Below are positions 23,321 to 34,171 of a DNA stretch of 64,000 nucleotides, piece after piece. The position numbers were made by a program, and so were the translations under genes. Positions within the stretch are counted from its first letter, which is position 1. Each line of letters starts with the position of its first letter. The notes beneath the pieces are model-generated. The model ran no database searches. It was not told the DNA's origin and worked only from the letters and a program-made list of their open reading frames with translations. The DNA comes from Escherichia coli. GTDB taxonomy: Bacteria > Pseudomonadota > Gammaproteobacteria > Enterobacterales > Enterobacteriaceae. The stretch is from assembly GCF_041886205.1 (NCBI RefSeq), contig NZ_CP169029.1. The stretch is one strand, 5' to 3'.

Positions 23321-24043
23321 GTGGCGACACTCTTTATTGCAGATCTTCATCTCTGCGTGGAAGAACCGGCGATCACCGCCGGTTTTCTGCGTTTTTTAGC
23401 GGGGGAAGCCCGCAAGGCCGACGCGCTGTATATTCTTGGCGATCTGTTTGAAGCATGGATTGGCGACGACGATCCCAACCCACTCCATCGCAAGATGGCG
23501 GCGGCGATCAAAGCGGTGTCCGATTCCGGCGTTCCCTGTTATTTCATTCATGGCAACCGTGATTTTCTGCTCGGCAAACGCTTTGCCCGTGAAAGTGGCA
23601 TGACGTTATTGCCGGAAGAAAAGGTGCTCGAACTTTATGGTCGCCGGGTGTTGATTATGCATGGCGACACGCTGTGCACCGATGACGCGGGTTATCAGGC
23701 TTTTCGCGCCAAGGTCCACAAACCCTGGCTGCAGACGCTATTCCTCGCCCTGCCGTTGTTTGTGCGCAAACGCATTGCCGCGCGAATGCGCGCGAACAGC
23801 AAAGAAGCCAACAGCAGTAAATCGCTGGCGATCATGGACGTTAACCAAAACGCGGTGGTCAGTGCGATGGAAAAACATCAGGTGCAATGGCTGATCCACG
23901 GGCATACCCATCGCCCGGCGGTGCATGAACTTATCGCCAATCAGCAACCTGCTTTTCGCGTGGTACTGGGTGCCTGGCATACGGAAGGTTCAATGGTGAA
24001 AGTCACGGCGGATGACGTTGAGCTGATTCATTTTCCGTTTTAA
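23321..24043 (+). CDS. lpxH: UDP-2,3-diacylglucosamine hydrolase LpxH
   Basis: 240-aa ORF with GTG start and calcineurin-like metallophosphatase motifs (DLHL, GDLFE, GNRD). Confidence 0.9.
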   Translation: MATLFIADLHLCVEEPAITAGFLRFLAGEARKADALYILGDLFEAWIGDDDPNPLHRKMAAAIKAVSDSGVPCYFIHGNRDFLLGKRFARESGMTLLPEEKVLELYGRRVLIMHGDTLCTDDAGYQAFRAKVHKPWLQTLFLALPLFVRKRIAARMRANSKEANSSKSLAIMDVNQNAVVSAMEKHQVQWLIHGHTHRPAVHELIANQQPAFRVVLGAWHTEGSMVKVTADDVELIHFPF

Positions 24044-24073
24044 AAAACCCGCAACTTTGCTGATTTCACAGCC

Positions 24074-24089
24074 ACGCAACCGTTTTCCT
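24074..24089. promoter_or_regulatory. Candidate PurR operator upstream of purE
   Basis: ACGCAACCGTTTTCCT closely matches the PurR box consensus ACGCAAACGTTTTCTT; about 70 bp upstream of the purE start. Confidence 0.5.
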
Positions 24090-24160
24090 TGCTCTCTTTC
24101 CGTGCTATTCTCTGTGCCCTCTAAAGCCGAGAGTTGTGCACCACAGGAGTTTTAAGACGC

Positions 24161-24670
24161 ATGTCTTCCCGCAATAATCCGGCGCGTGTCGCCATCGTGA
24201 TGGGGTCCAAAAGCGACTGGGCTACCATGCAGTTCGCCGCCGAAATCTTCGAAATCCTGAATGTCCCGCACCACGTTGAAGTGGTTTCTGCTCACCGCAC
24301 CCCCGATAAACTGTTCAGCTTCGCCGAAAGCGCCGAAGAGAACGGTTATCAGGTGATTATTGCGGGCGCAGGCGGCGCAGCGCATCTGCCAGGCATGATT
24401 GCCGCCAAAACGCTGGTGCCGGTGCTGGGCGTGCCAGTACAGAGCGCCGCACTGAGCGGTGTCGATAGCCTCTACTCCATCGTACAAATGCCGCGCGGCA
24501 TTCCGGTGGGTACGCTGGCGATTGGTAAAGCTGGCGCGGCAAACGCGGCGTTACTGGCAGCACAAATTCTTGCGACTCATGATAAAGAACTGCACCAGCG
24601 TCTGAATGACTGGCGCAAAGCCCAGACCGACGAAGTGCTGGAAAACCCGGACCCGCGAGGTGCGGCATGA
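24161..24670 (+). CDS. purE: N5-carboxyaminoimidazole ribonucleotide mutase PurE
   Basis: ORF 24134..24670; internal ATG at 24161 gives [20 protein letters not shown], 169 aa. Confidence 0.95.
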   Translation: MSSRNNPARVAIVMGSKSDWATMQFAAEIFEILNVPHHVEVVSAHRTPDKLFSFAESAEENGYQVIIAGAGGAAHLPGMIAAKTLVPVLGVPVQSAALSGVDSLYSIVQMPRGIPVGTLAIGKAGAANAALLAAQILATHDKELHQRLNDWRKAQTDEVLENPDPRGAA

Positions 24671-25734
24671 AACAGGTTTGCGTCCTCGGTAACGGGCAGT
24701 TAGGCCGTATGCTGCGTCAGGCAGGCGAACCGTTAGGCATTGCTGTCTGGCCAGTCGGGCTGGACGCTGAACCGGCGGCGGTGCCTTTTCAACAAAGCGT
24801 GATTACCGCTGAGATAGAACGCTGGCCGGAAACCGCATTAACCCGCGAGCTGGCGCGCCATCCGGCCTTTGTGAACCGCGATGTGTTCCCGATTATTGCT
24901 GACCGTCTGACTCAGAAGCAGCTTTTCGATAAGCTCCACCTGCCGACTGCACCGTGGCAGTTACTTGCCGAACGCAGCGAGTGGCCTGCGGTGTTTGATC
25001 GTTTAGGTGAGCTGGCGATTGTTAAGCGTCGCACTGGTGGTTATGACGGTCGCGGTCAATGGCGTTTACGCGCAAATGAAACCGAACAGTTACCGGCAGA
25101 GTGTTACGGCGAATGTATTGTCGAGCAGGGCATTAACTTCTCTGGTGAAGTGTCGCTGGTTGGCGCGCACGGCTTTGATGGCAGCACCGTGTTTTATCCG
25201 CTGACGCATAACCTGCATCAGGACGGTATTTTGCGCACCAGCGTCGCTTTTCCGCAGGCCAACGCACAGCAGCAGGCGCAAGCCGAAGAGATGCTGTCGG
25301 CGATTATGCAGGAGCTGGGCTATGTGGGCGTGATGGCGATGGAGTGTTTTGTCACCCCGCAAGGTCTGCTGATCAACGAACTGGCTCCGCGTGTGCATAA
25401 CAGCGGTCACTGGACACAAAACGGTGCCAGCATCAGCCAGTTTGAGCTGCATCTGCGGGCGATTACCGATCTGCCGTTACCGCAACCAGTGGTGAATAAT
25501 CCGTCGGTGATGATCAATCTGATTGGTAGCGATGTGAATTATGACTGGCTGAAACTGCCGCTGGTGCATCTGCACTGGTACGACAAAGAAGTCCGTCCGG
25601 GCCGTAAAGTGGGGCATCTGAATTTGACCGACAGCGACACATCGCGTCTGTCCGCGACGCTGGAAGCCTTAATCCCGCTGCTGCCGCCGGAATATGCCAG
25701 CGGCGTGATGTGGGCACAGAGTAAGTTCAGTTAA
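24667..25734 (+). CDS. purK: N5-carboxyaminoimidazole ribonucleotide synthase PurK
   Basis: 355-aa ATP-grasp ORF; start overlaps the purE stop (ATGA). Confidence 0.95.
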   Translation: MKQVCVLGNGQLGRMLRQAGEPLGIAVWPVGLDAEPAAVPFQQSVITAEIERWPETALTRELARHPAFVNRDVFPIIADRLTQKQLFDKLHLPTAPWQLLAERSEWPAVFDRLGELAIVKRRTGGYDGRGQWRLRANETEQLPAECYGECIVEQGINFSGEVSLVGAHGFDGSTVFYPLTHNLHQDGILRTSVAFPQANAQQQAQAEEMLSAIMQELGYVGVMAMECFVTPQGLLINELAPRVHNSGHWTQNGASISQFELHLRAITDLPLPQPVVNNPSVMINLIGSDVNYDWLKLPLVHLHWYDKEVRPGRKVGHLNLTDSDTSRLSATLEALIPLLPPEYASGVMWAQSKFS

Positions 25735-25750
25735 CCTGGTGCTCATTTGA

Positions 25751-25840
25751 TTGCCGGATGCGGCGTGAACGCCTTATCCGGCCTACACCGATCCGGTACC
25801 CATTGTAGGCCTGATAAGACGCGTCAAGCGTCGCATCAGG
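25751..25840. repeat. REP (repetitive extragenic palindromic) element pair
   Basis: GCCGGATGCGGCGTGAACGCCTTATCCGGCCTAC and inverted partner GTAGGCCTGATAAGACGCGTCAAGCGTCGCATCAGGC between convergent purK and ybcF. Confidence 0.7.
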
Positions 25841-25872
25841 CATGGTGCACCGATTGCTGGATGCTCTCATCA

Positions 25873-26766
25873 CTACAGCGAAATACAGGTCCCCGCTTCG
25901 CCCGCCAGCGTCTCTTCAATTCGCGATAACGCCCCAATCCACGCGGGTTTACCACGGCTTCTGACATAACCACTCACCGCCGTTACCTTCGGCCCCATCG
26001 AACCATCGGCTTTGGCAAATGGCGCTAACTCATCCGGTGTGGCATGGCGAATGGCGCGTTGCTGCGGCGTTCCCCAGTTTTCATATACCGCATCAGCATC
26101 AGTGAGGATCACCAGCCCATCGGCGTTAATCTGCTCAGCGAGCAACGCAGCAGCGAGATCTTTATCAATCACCGCTTCACTCCCTGCCCCATCTTCCGTC
26201 ACAGGCACACCGCCGCCGCCACTGCAAATCACCACATGCCCCTCTTTGAGCAACAACTCGATGGCTTCGCTGTCGAGAATTTTACGCGGTTGCGGAGACG
26301 CCACCACCCGGCGCAAATATTTACCATCACGTTTCATCTGCCAGCCGTAAGCTGCTTCCAGTGCCTCTTGTTCTTCTGGCTGATAGACCGGACCGATAAA
26401 CTTCTCTGGCTGCAAAAACGCCGGATCATCAGGCGAAACTTCAATGCGCGTCAGCACCGTCGTGACAGGCGGCATCTGCGGCTGTGCGCTCAAACTCTGC
26501 GCCAGCATATAGCCAATCATCCCCTGACTTTCTGCCACCAGCACATCCAGCGGATACGGTTCCACTTCTTTCCACGCCAGATTCTGTAACGCCAGCAGCC
26601 CCACCTGCGGCCCGTTGCCGTGAACAATCGCCAGCCGATAAGAACGGGCCAGGCGCGCCAGCGCAGGTACAGCACTGGCGATATTGCGATATTGATTTTC
26701 TGCCGTCAGCGCCTCACCGCGCTGAAGCAAGGCATTGCCCCCAAGAGCTACAACCAGTGTTTTCAT
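25873..26766 (-). CDS. ybcF: Carbamate kinase-like protein
   Basis: 297-aa ORF of the amino-acid kinase family ([14 protein letters not shown]...); terminal gene of the fdrA-ylbE-ylbF-ybcF cluster. Confidence 0.8.
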   Translation of the reverse strand: MKTLVVALGGNALLQRGEALTAENQYRNIASAVPALARLARSYRLAIVHGNGPQVGLLALQNLAWKEVEPYPLDVLVAESQGMIGYMLAQSLSAQPQMPPVTTVLTRIEVSPDDPAFLQPEKFIGPVYQPEEQEALEAAYGWQMKRDGKYLRRVVASPQPRKILDSEAIELLLKEGHVVICSGGGGVPVTEDGAGSEAVIDKDLAAALLAEQINADGLVILTDADAVYENWGTPQQRAIRHATPDELAPFAKADGSMGPKVTAVSGYVRSRGKPAWIGALSRIEETLAGEAGTCISL

Positions 26767-27578
26767 GGTTTTCCTTGTAATAATTGTTGACCAAGCCAGA
26801 ACCCCAGCAGTGTATCTGCCCCTGACGTATGCCCCAGCGCCAGCAGCGAATCAATCGCAACAGCGGTACGTTTCGGGCAACTCAGAGCATGGACAAAGTG
26901 CAGGAGTGGCGAGGCGAAATATCCTTGCGCGGCATAACGTAAATAACTGACGCTCACCGCTGTGGTAACGAGTTGAAGATTGTCGGAACAGGCAAAAAAC
27001 TGGCGACCGGAGCGCGCATCTAAAGCACCATAATACCAGGCCGCCAGCAGCATTCCGCTCAGCGTGTCATCATGACTTGGCGTTAATCCGGGGCCTTTAC
27101 CCAGCCAGTGCCGCCAGTCGGTCTTAACGCCATTGAGCGCGGCCTGAAAACAGTGACGAAACTGGCGTAACTCAGCAGGCAGCGGATCGCCTGCCGCCAA
27201 CGCCAGTGGCCCGAAAAGCCCGGTTTCCTCCGCGCGTTGCATCCATGCAGCTGCAAGCGGTTGAGGATGCGCAGGCGGCGTAATACGCAGCAAACAATAA
27301 CGCTGTGGCTGTTTAACCGTGAAACGCCCGAGGCGAATCCCTTGAGCCACAACCTGTGGTCGTTCATTGCCGCATAATCCACCGCATAACGCATCGAATT
27401 GCGCGCGGCGAAGCACCCATCCTCCGGGGCCGAAACCACTACCCTGACGATGCAGCGTTAACAGTTCGCCGCTTTCCGTCATCAGGTTAATCGCCCGCCG
27501 CCACACTCCCGCTAACCGCCAGGACTGGCGATAATTCGGTGCGCTACTACTGGCAAGCAGAGGATGGATGATCGTCAT
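26763..27578 (-). CDS. ylbF: Uncharacterised protein YlbF (DUF2877)
   Basis: ORF 26763..27671; internal start at 27578 gives MTIIHPLL..., about 271 aa; 4-bp overlap with ybcF. Confidence 0.65.
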   Translation of the reverse strand: MTIIHPLLASSSAPNYRQSWRLAGVWRRAINLMTESGELLTLHRQGSGFGPGGWVLRRAQFDALCGGLCGNERPQVVAQGIRLGRFTVKQPQRYCLLRITPPAHPQPLAAAWMQRAEETGLFGPLALAAGDPLPAELRQFRHCFQAALNGVKTDWRHWLGKGPGLTPSHDDTLSGMLLAAWYYGALDARSGRQFFACSDNLQLVTTAVSVSYLRYAAQGYFASPLLHFVHALSCPKRTAVAIDSLLALGHTSGADTLLGFWLGQQLLQGKP

Positions 27579-27588
27579 TGCGCGTTCC

Positions 27589-28848
27589 TCAACCAATCCC
27601 CATGCTTTCAGCCAGTGCTTCCAGCGCCTGTTCAAAACACGCCAGCGGTGCCCGCACAGTGCCTGCGCCAATCTGCCCGATCCCCGCCTCTTTATGGGCG
27701 ATACCGGTATTGATGAGTGGCGTAATGCCGGTTTCTACCACGCGACGAATGTCCAGTCCCAGGCACGCGCCCTGAAAATCCCAGCCTGGGATCTGCAACT
27801 GCATATTGCGCTCAAGGTAAATTTCCGCCATCTCTTCAGATACCGCTCTGGCCGCTTCCATGCCACCCGCACCGACAAAGCGCGTTACGCCAGGCGCTGC
27901 GATCATTGCCGCACCTCCGATACCAAAGGTTTCGGTAATCGCGCTATCGCCCATATCCGGGTTCGCCTGCTCCTGCGAGAAGCCGGTGAAAAACAGACCT
28001 TGCGGAGTGTTTACAGGCGCAGTAAACCAGCGTTCGCCCAGCCCGCTTACCCGAATCCCGAACATATTGCCGTTGCGGGTCATTGCCGTGACGATGCTGC
28101 CTGCGCGGATCATCGCGCCAGCATCCATCGCCGCCTTGCAGTAAGCCATCGCGAGGTTGAGGAAGAACTGATCGGTCACGCTGAGGAAATCCATCACTTC
28201 GGCGATGTGCTGTTTATCATGATCGAGGCGAGCAATTTGTGGGGCCAGCGCACGCATTAACAGTGCAGAGGAAGCAATATTGCGTTGATGGAACTCATCG
28301 CCCATCGTAATGCCCTGCGCCATCATCGCCGTGAGATCGATACCGCGCTCCATGCGCCCCAGCGCCGCGCTTAATACTGGCATTAACACATCGCGCATCC
28401 AGCGATGGCGAGTCAGGACATCTTCGCCGTAAGCGCCAAAACGCATCACTTTGCCGATACCTTCGTTGAGGTTGCAGTACGCCCGGTTGCCGTCGGTCAC
28501 GTTCTCGACCACCAGCATCGGCATACTGGCAGAAGTAATACCGCCCATTGGACCGACGGCATTCACATGGTGACAAGGAATGAAGTTCACTTCCCCCTGC
28601 TCCAGTATTGCCAGCGCCTGCGCTTCATCTTTCACCCAGCCTTCGAACAGACATGCGCCCACGCACGCCCCTTTCATGGGTCCGGTCATCTCCTGCCAGC
28701 GCATTGGCGGCCCGGCGTGAAGCAGTGTTTTGCCCTCGTTTAGTTCGCTGATAAGTGAAGAAGCCGGTTGCACATCCAGCCAGTGTGGACGAGCGCGACG
28801 AATTTGTTCGATAACCGCAGCATTGGCTTGCGCTACTGATGTAAACAT
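27589..28848 (-). CDS. ylbE: Uncharacterised protein YlbE (DUF1116)
   Basis: Uninterrupted 419-aa ORF between fdrA and ylbF. Confidence 0.7.
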   Translation of the reverse strand: MFTSVAQANAAVIEQIRRARPHWLDVQPASSLISELNEGKTLLHAGPPMRWQEMTGPMKGACVGACLFEGWVKDEAQALAILEQGEVNFIPCHHVNAVGPMGGITSASMPMLVVENVTDGNRAYCNLNEGIGKVMRFGAYGEDVLTRHRWMRDVLMPVLSAALGRMERGIDLTAMMAQGITMGDEFHQRNIASSALLMRALAPQIARLDHDKQHIAEVMDFLSVTDQFFLNLAMAYCKAAMDAGAMIRAGSIVTAMTRNGNMFGIRVSGLGERWFTAPVNTPQGLFFTGFSQEQANPDMGDSAITETFGIGGAAMIAAPGVTRFVGAGGMEAARAVSEEMAEIYLERNMQLQIPGWDFQGACLGLDIRRVVETGITPLINTGIAHKEAGIGQIGAGTVRAPLACFEQALEALAESMGIG

Positions 28849-28857
28849 GGGAACCCC

Positions 28858-30525
28858 TTATTGCAAACGTTCTAATAAACGAGCCAGTTTTTTATTGCCG
28901 CCGGCGACTGGCGACCATTGGTAATGCACAACCGGTTTGCTGGCGCTTTGTAGCTCCAGCGCAAAGCTGCGTAATCCGATGTTAATCACGGCGACGTTTT
29001 CCAGTAATGACGGTGTGTGTTGCTGAGTGGCAGGCGAAAGCGGACGAATCAGTGCCGCCGCCAGCAAGGTGGCTTCCGGCAGCGAACTCACTACCGCGAT
29101 CCCTGCATCTTCCAGCGTGGCGATTTGCTGCGAGCGGCATTGCGGGTCACGTTCAGTGCCTGTCACCGTGGCAATGGCATACAGTGGTTGATTGTCTGAA
29201 CGCGCGGCACATGCTTTTTGCCAGGCGCTTACCAGCGAGGCGGCAGGATCGGCGGTCGCACCGAAGCCAATCACGACATCAAGCAGCAATACGCGCACTT
29301 GCGGTTTAGCGCCGAGATCGGCAATTAACTGGTTGCGTAAGGCTGGGTCGATCATCGGATGGGGACGCCCGACGGTGTAGAAATCATCGCCGAGGTCAAT
29401 AATCTGGTGACCATCGGCGTCGAGCATCATGCCGTGATGATGGGTATCGTCGGCTTCCACGCCAAGGTGTCCAGCAAGTAATCCCGCCGCTTCGGCAGCC
29501 AGCGTACCGCCGGTATACAAACCGCAAATAAATCCGCTGCTGACAGGCGCTATTGCGTTACGTCGCGCCGTGACACGTGAAAGCAGGCAAGCCAGGCGTG
29601 CGGCCTCATCCAGCGAGGAGGCAAACCAGACATTCTCGTCGCGGGCCACCGCCGGGGTATAACCTAAAAACAGCGCCACCGTCGGTTTGCCGGTTGCTTT
29701 CATGGCATTAACAATTTTCAGACGCACAGCTTCGGCAGGCGGTTTTGAAACAAATGCCAGCACTTCGCTTTTCTCGTCTGCACTGAGCATTTCCAGCGCC
29801 GTCAGCGCACTGATGCCGCCTACTTCACGGCTGAGGTCGCGCCCGCCAAGGCCAATCGCGTGAGTAATTCCCTCCCCTGCCAGCGCAATCTGCGAGCACA
29901 GCTCCTGAATCCCGGTACCGGAAGCGCCAATGACGCCAATGTTGCCTTCCGGCATCACGTTAGCAAAAGCCAGCGGCGTGCCGGCAATCATCGATGTACC
30001 GCAGTCCGGCCCCATCACCAGCAAGCCTTTTTCCCGCGCGCGGGTTTTAAGTTGGATTTCATCTTCCAGCGTGACGTTATCGGAGAACATCATCACGTTG
30101 AGGTTGCGATCCAGCGCCTGGTTCGCCAGCTCCGCCGCATACTCACCAGCCACTGAAATCAGCGCCAGACTGGCGTCGGGTAATTTCTGACAGGCACTGT
30201 CCCAGCGACGCACCTGCGTCAACGCCTGGCTGCTGCCTGCCCCCTGCGCCAGTTGTTTTAGCGCCTCTTCAAGCTGCTGCATAATCGCCTGCGCGATCCC
30301 CGCATCCGCCGCTTCGCTACGAATTGCCACGCAAATATCGTTCGGCGTGGCGTTATTAAAATCGTCATGCCAGAAACCTGTGGTATCTAATAACGCTTTA
30401 TTGGCGGGCGTACCCATCATTACGGAAACATCATCAACATTTTCTGATTCGCTGAGTTTTCGTGAAATAATCATTAAACTGACCGAATCCTGAAAACACC
30501 CTTTTTTAATAAAGGCGTGGATCAT
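28858..30525 (-). CDS. fdrA: FdrA (succinyl-CoA synthetase-like / CoA-binding family protein)
   Basis: 555-aa ORF with CoA-binding and ligase-CoA domains. Confidence 0.8.
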   Translation of the reverse strand: MIHAFIKKGCFQDSVSLMIISRKLSESENVDDVSVMMGTPANKALLDTTGFWHDDFNNATPNDICVAIRSEAADAGIAQAIMQQLEEALKQLAQGAGSSQALTQVRRWDSACQKLPDASLALISVAGEYAAELANQALDRNLNVMMFSDNVTLEDEIQLKTRAREKGLLVMGPDCGTSMIAGTPLAFANVMPEGNIGVIGASGTGIQELCSQIALAGEGITHAIGLGGRDLSREVGGISALTALEMLSADEKSEVLAFVSKPPAEAVRLKIVNAMKATGKPTVALFLGYTPAVARDENVWFASSLDEAARLACLLSRVTARRNAIAPVSSGFICGLYTGGTLAAEAAGLLAGHLGVEADDTHHHGMMLDADGHQIIDLGDDFYTVGRPHPMIDPALRNQLIADLGAKPQVRVLLLDVVIGFGATADPAASLVSAWQKACAARSDNQPLYAIATVTGTERDPQCRSQQIATLEDAGIAVVSSLPEATLLAAALIRPLSPATQQHTPSLLENVAVINIGLRSFALELQSASKPVVHYQWSPVAGGNKKLARLLERLQ

Positions 30526-30762
30526 AACAACTCCTTAAAAATTGCACCCATGGCAATTGCACGAGCAGTGTTAATGTGGCGATTACGGTATCGATGACAA
30601 CGGGTAAATAAGGTGATGAATATCACACAGGGATTATTAACAAAAGAATTCAAATAACCGCCATGCTATTACGTGTTATTTTTTAATAAGCGTGGTTGTT
30701 TTAAAAACCAGGTTAAAAGCGAGCGGATTATCAAATAAATTCTAACTATATTTTTTTGCCTG

Positions 30763-30782
30763 TCTGGATCACATAATCCAGA
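30763..30782. promoter_or_regulatory. Inverted repeat in the fdrA/allD divergent promoter region (possible regulator site)
   Basis: TCTGGAT-CACATA-ATCCAGA perfect 7-bp arms, about 60 bp upstream of the allD start. Confidence 0.3.
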
Positions 30783-30841
30783 TATTTTCCCTGTATGTTA
30801 ATTGCAGTCATGCTTCACACCGTCGTTAAAAAGGAAGACAG

Positions 30842-31891
30842 ATGAAAATCAGTCGGGAAACACTCCACCAGCTAATTGAGAATAAACTCTGCCAGGCTGG
30901 GTTAAAACGTGAGCACGCTGCAACCGTGGCTGAAGTATTGGTTTACGCCGATGCCAGAGGGATCCACTCTCATGGCGCGGTGCGCGTGGAATACTACGCG
31001 GAACGCATTTCAAAAGGCGGCACCAACCGCGAACCGGAGTTTCGTCTTGAGGAAACCGGGCCGTGCTCGGCAATTTTACATGCCGACAATGCCGCCGGAC
31101 AGGTCGCGGCGAAAATGGGTATGGAACATGCCATCAAAACCGCCCAGCAAAATGGCGTTGCGGTGGTCGGTATCAGCCGGATGGGTCACAGCGGCGCAAT
31201 CTCTTATTTTGTGCAGCAGGCAGCCCGCGCCGGATTAATTGGCATTTCGATGTGCCAGTCCGATCCAATGGTGGTGCCGTTTGGCGGCGCGGAAATTTAC
31301 TACGGTACTAACCCACTGGCCTTTGCCGCGCCGGGAGAAGGCGACGAGATCCTTACCTTTGATATGGCGACTACCGTACAGGCATGGGGAAAAGTGCTCG
31401 ACGCCCGCTCGCGTAATATGTCTATCCCGGATACCTGGGCGGTCGATAAAAACGGTGCACCAACAACCGATCCGTTCGCGGTACATGCTCTGCTCCCCGC
31501 CGCCGGGCCGAAAGGGTATGGCCTGATGATGATGATTGACGTCCTCTCAGGCGTCTTACTCGGCTTACCGTTCGGGCGACAGGTTAGTTCGATGTATGAC
31601 GATTTACACGCCGGGCGTAATTTGGGGCAATTACATTTAGTTATTAACCCGAACTTTTTCTCCTCCAGCGAATTATTCCGTCAACATCTTAGCCAGACCA
31701 TGCGCGAATTAAATGCCATTACCCCCGCGCCCGGTTTTAACCAAGTTTATTATCCCGGACAGGATCAGGATATTAAACAACGCAAAGCCGCCGTCGAAGG
31801 CATCGAAATTGTTGATGATATTTACCAGTATTTAATTTCCGACGCGCTTTATAACACGTCATACGAAACGAAAAATCCCTTTGCGCAATAA
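30842..31891 (+). CDS. allD: Ureidoglycolate dehydrogenase
   Basis: 349-aa ORF of the Ldh_2 (malate/L-lactate dehydrogenase-like) family within the allantoin cluster. Confidence 0.9.
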   Translation: MKISRETLHQLIENKLCQAGLKREHAATVAEVLVYADARGIHSHGAVRVEYYAERISKGGTNREPEFRLEETGPCSAILHADNAAGQVAAKMGMEHAIKTAQQNGVAVVGISRMGHSGAISYFVQQAARAGLIGISMCQSDPMVVPFGGAEIYYGTNPLAFAAPGEGDEILTFDMATTVQAWGKVLDARSRNMSIPDTWAVDKNGAPTTDPFAVHALLPAAGPKGYGLMMMIDVLSGVLLGLPFGRQVSSMYDDLHAGRNLGQLHLVINPNFFSSSELFRQHLSQTMRELNAITPAPGFNQVYYPGQDQDIKQRKAAVEGIEIVDDIYQYLISDALYNTSYETKNPFAQ

Positions 31892-31912
31892 TTATTGAGA
31901 CAGGACTTTCTT

Positions 31913-33148
31913 ATGATTACACATTTTCGTCAAGCCATAGAAGAAGCGCTGCCCTGGCTTTCCTCTTTTGGCGCTGACCCAACGGGTGGGATGACCCGTT
32001 TACTTTATTCGCCGGAATGGCTGGAAACCCAGCAGCAATTTAAAAAAAGAATGGCAGCAAGTGGGCTGGAAACACGTTTCGATGAAGTAGGGAATTTATA
32101 CGGTCGCCTGAATGGTACCGAATATCCACAGGAAGTGATTCTGAGCGGTTCGCATATCGATACCGTGGTTAACGGCGGTAACCTCGACGGGCAATTCGGC
32201 GCGCTGGCGGCGTGGCTGGCAATTGACTGGCTGAAAACGCAATACGGCGCACCGTTACGTACGGTCGAAGTGGTGGCGATGGCAGAAGAAGAAGGCAGCC
32301 GCTTCCCGTATGTCTTCTGGGGCAGTAAAAATATCTTTGGGCTGGCGAATCCTGACGACGTGCGGAATATCTGTGATGCCAAAGGAAATAGTTTTGTCGA
32401 TGCGATGAAGGCTTGCGGATTTACTCTGCCGGACGCCCCGCTAACTCCGCGTCAGGATATTAAAGCCTTTGTCGAACTGCATATCGAACAGGGCTGTGTG
32501 CTGGAAAGTAATGGGCAATCAATTGGCGTGGTGAATGCAATTGTCGGGCAACGTCGCTATACGGTGACGCTGAACGGCGAATCAAACCATGCAGGCACCA
32601 CGCCGATGGGTTATCGTCGTGATACGGTTTACGCTTTCAGTCGCATTTGCCATCAGTCGATCGAAAAAGCGAAAAAGATGGGCGATCCGCTGGTTCTGAC
32701 CTTTGGGAAAGTAGAGCCGCGCCCGAATACGGTGAATGTGGTGCCGGGTAAAACCACGTTCACCATTGATTGTCGTCATACCGACGCCGCCGTGCTGCGT
32801 GATTTCACCCAACAGTTAGAAAACGACATGCGGGCGATTTGCGATGAAATGGACATTGGTATTGATATCGATTTATGGATGGACGAAGAACCCGTGCCGA
32901 TGAATAAGGACCTGGTCGCCACCCTGACAGAATTGTGTGAAAGTGAAAAACTGAATTACCGGGTGATGCACAGTGGTGCCGGGCACGACGCGCAAATTTT
33001 CGCGCCTCGCGTGCCGACCTGCATGATTTTCATTCCCAGCATCAACGGGATCAGCCATAACCCGGCGGAACGCACCAATATTACCGACCTTGCCGAAGGG
33101 GTCAAAACGTTGGCACTCATGCTTTATCAACTTGCCTGGCAGAAATAA
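31913..33148 (+). CDS. allC: Allantoate amidohydrolase
   Basis: ORF 31895..33148; internal start at 31913 gives MITHFRQAIEEALPWL, 411 aa, M20 peptidase family. Confidence 0.9.
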   Translation: MITHFRQAIEEALPWLSSFGADPTGGMTRLLYSPEWLETQQQFKKRMAASGLETRFDEVGNLYGRLNGTEYPQEVILSGSHIDTVVNGGNLDGQFGALAAWLAIDWLKTQYGAPLRTVEVVAMAEEEGSRFPYVFWGSKNIFGLANPDDVRNICDAKGNSFVDAMKACGFTLPDAPLTPRQDIKAFVELHIEQGCVLESNGQSIGVVNAIVGQRRYTVTLNGESNHAGTTPMGYRRDTVYAFSRICHQSIEKAKKMGDPLVLTFGKVEPRPNTVNVVPGKTTFTIDCRHTDAAVLRDFTQQLENDMRAICDEMDIGIDIDLWMDEEPVPMNKDLVATLTELCESEKLNYRVMHSGAGHDAQIFAPRVPTCMIFIPSINGISHNPAERTNITDLAEGVKTLALMLYQLAWQK

Positions 33149-33158
33149 GGAGTCATAA

Positions 33159-33944
33159 ATGGGATATTTAAATAACGTCACCGGTTACCGCGATGATTTA
33201 CTGGCTAACCGTGCGATTGTGAAACACGGTAATTTCGCACTGTTAACCCCGGACGGTCTGGTAAAAAATATTATTCCGGGCTTTGAAAATTGTGACGCGA
33301 CAATCCTCTCCACGCCAAAGCTGGGTGCCTCTTTTGTTGATTATCTGGTCACACTGCATCAAAACGGCGGCAACCAACAGGGCTTCGGTGGCGAAGGCAT
33401 TGAAACGTTCCTGTATGTGATCACTGGAAATATCACTGCCAAAGCCGAAGGCAAAACATTTGCCTTAAGCGAAGGTGGCTATCTTTATTGCCCGCCAGGC
33501 TCCTTAATGACGTTTGTTAACGCCCAGGCCGAAGACAGCCAAATCTTTTTATATAAGCGCCGCTATGTTCCGGTAGAAGGCCATGCACCGTGGCTGGTTT
33601 CTGGCAATGCCAGCGAACTGGAACGCATTCACTATGAAGGTATGGATGATGTGATCCTGCTGGATTTTCTGCCCAAAGAGTTAGGTTTTGATATGAACAT
33701 GCATATCCTCTCTTTTGCACCAGGTGCCAGCCACGGTTATATCGAAACACATGTTCAGGAACACGGTGCCTATATTCTTTCCGGTCAGGGGGTTTATAAC
33801 CTCGACAATAACTGGATCCCGGTGAAAAAAGGCGATTACATCTTTATGGGCGCTTATTCTTTACAGGCTGGTTATGGTGTAGGGCGTGGTGAAGCGTTCA
33901 GCTATATTTACTCGAAAGATTGCAACCGCGACGTAGAGTTTTAA
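33159..33944 (+). CDS. allE: (S)-ureidoglycine aminohydrolase (cupin)
   Basis: 261-aa bicupin ORF immediately downstream of allC. Confidence 0.8.
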   Translation: MGYLNNVTGYRDDLLANRAIVKHGNFALLTPDGLVKNIIPGFENCDATILSTPKLGASFVDYLVTLHQNGGNQQGFGGEGIETFLYVITGNITAKAEGKTFALSEGGYLYCPPGSLMTFVNAQAEDSQIFLYKRRYVPVEGHAPWLVSGNASELERIHYEGMDDVILLDFLPKELGFDMNMHILSFAPGASHGYIETHVQEHGAYILSGQGVYNLDNNWIPVKKGDYIFMGAYSLQAGYGVGRGEAFSYIYSKDCNRDVEF

Positions 33945-33986
33945 GTCATACCACTCGCCTGATTATTTTTAGCTATGTTGGATTTT

Positions 33987-34013
33987 GCCACGGTTTATAC
34001 CGTGGCTTTTTTT
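33987..34013 (+). terminator. Intrinsic terminator after allE
   Basis: GCCACGG-TTTATA-CCGTGGC hairpin followed by a run of seven T. Confidence 0.55.
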
Positions 34014-34097
34014 GTAACATTGCCTGATGCGCTTCGCTTATCAGGCCTACATGATCTCTGCAATATATAGAATTTGCGCGATTTTCAGGAAGGATAT

Positions 34098-34127
34098 AGT
34101 ACTCATGCCGCATCCGGCATGAGTACT
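34098..34127. repeat. 30-bp perfect palindrome between convergent allE and glxK
   Basis: AGTACTCATGCCG-CATC-CGGCATGAGTACT with 13-bp arms; a REP-like element (GCCTGATGCGCTTCGCTTATCAGGCCTAC) lies just upstream at about 34022..34050. Confidence 0.5.
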
Positions 34128-34171
34128 GCGCTCTTATGCGATATACATCGCATCCACTTTAAAGGTAAGAG

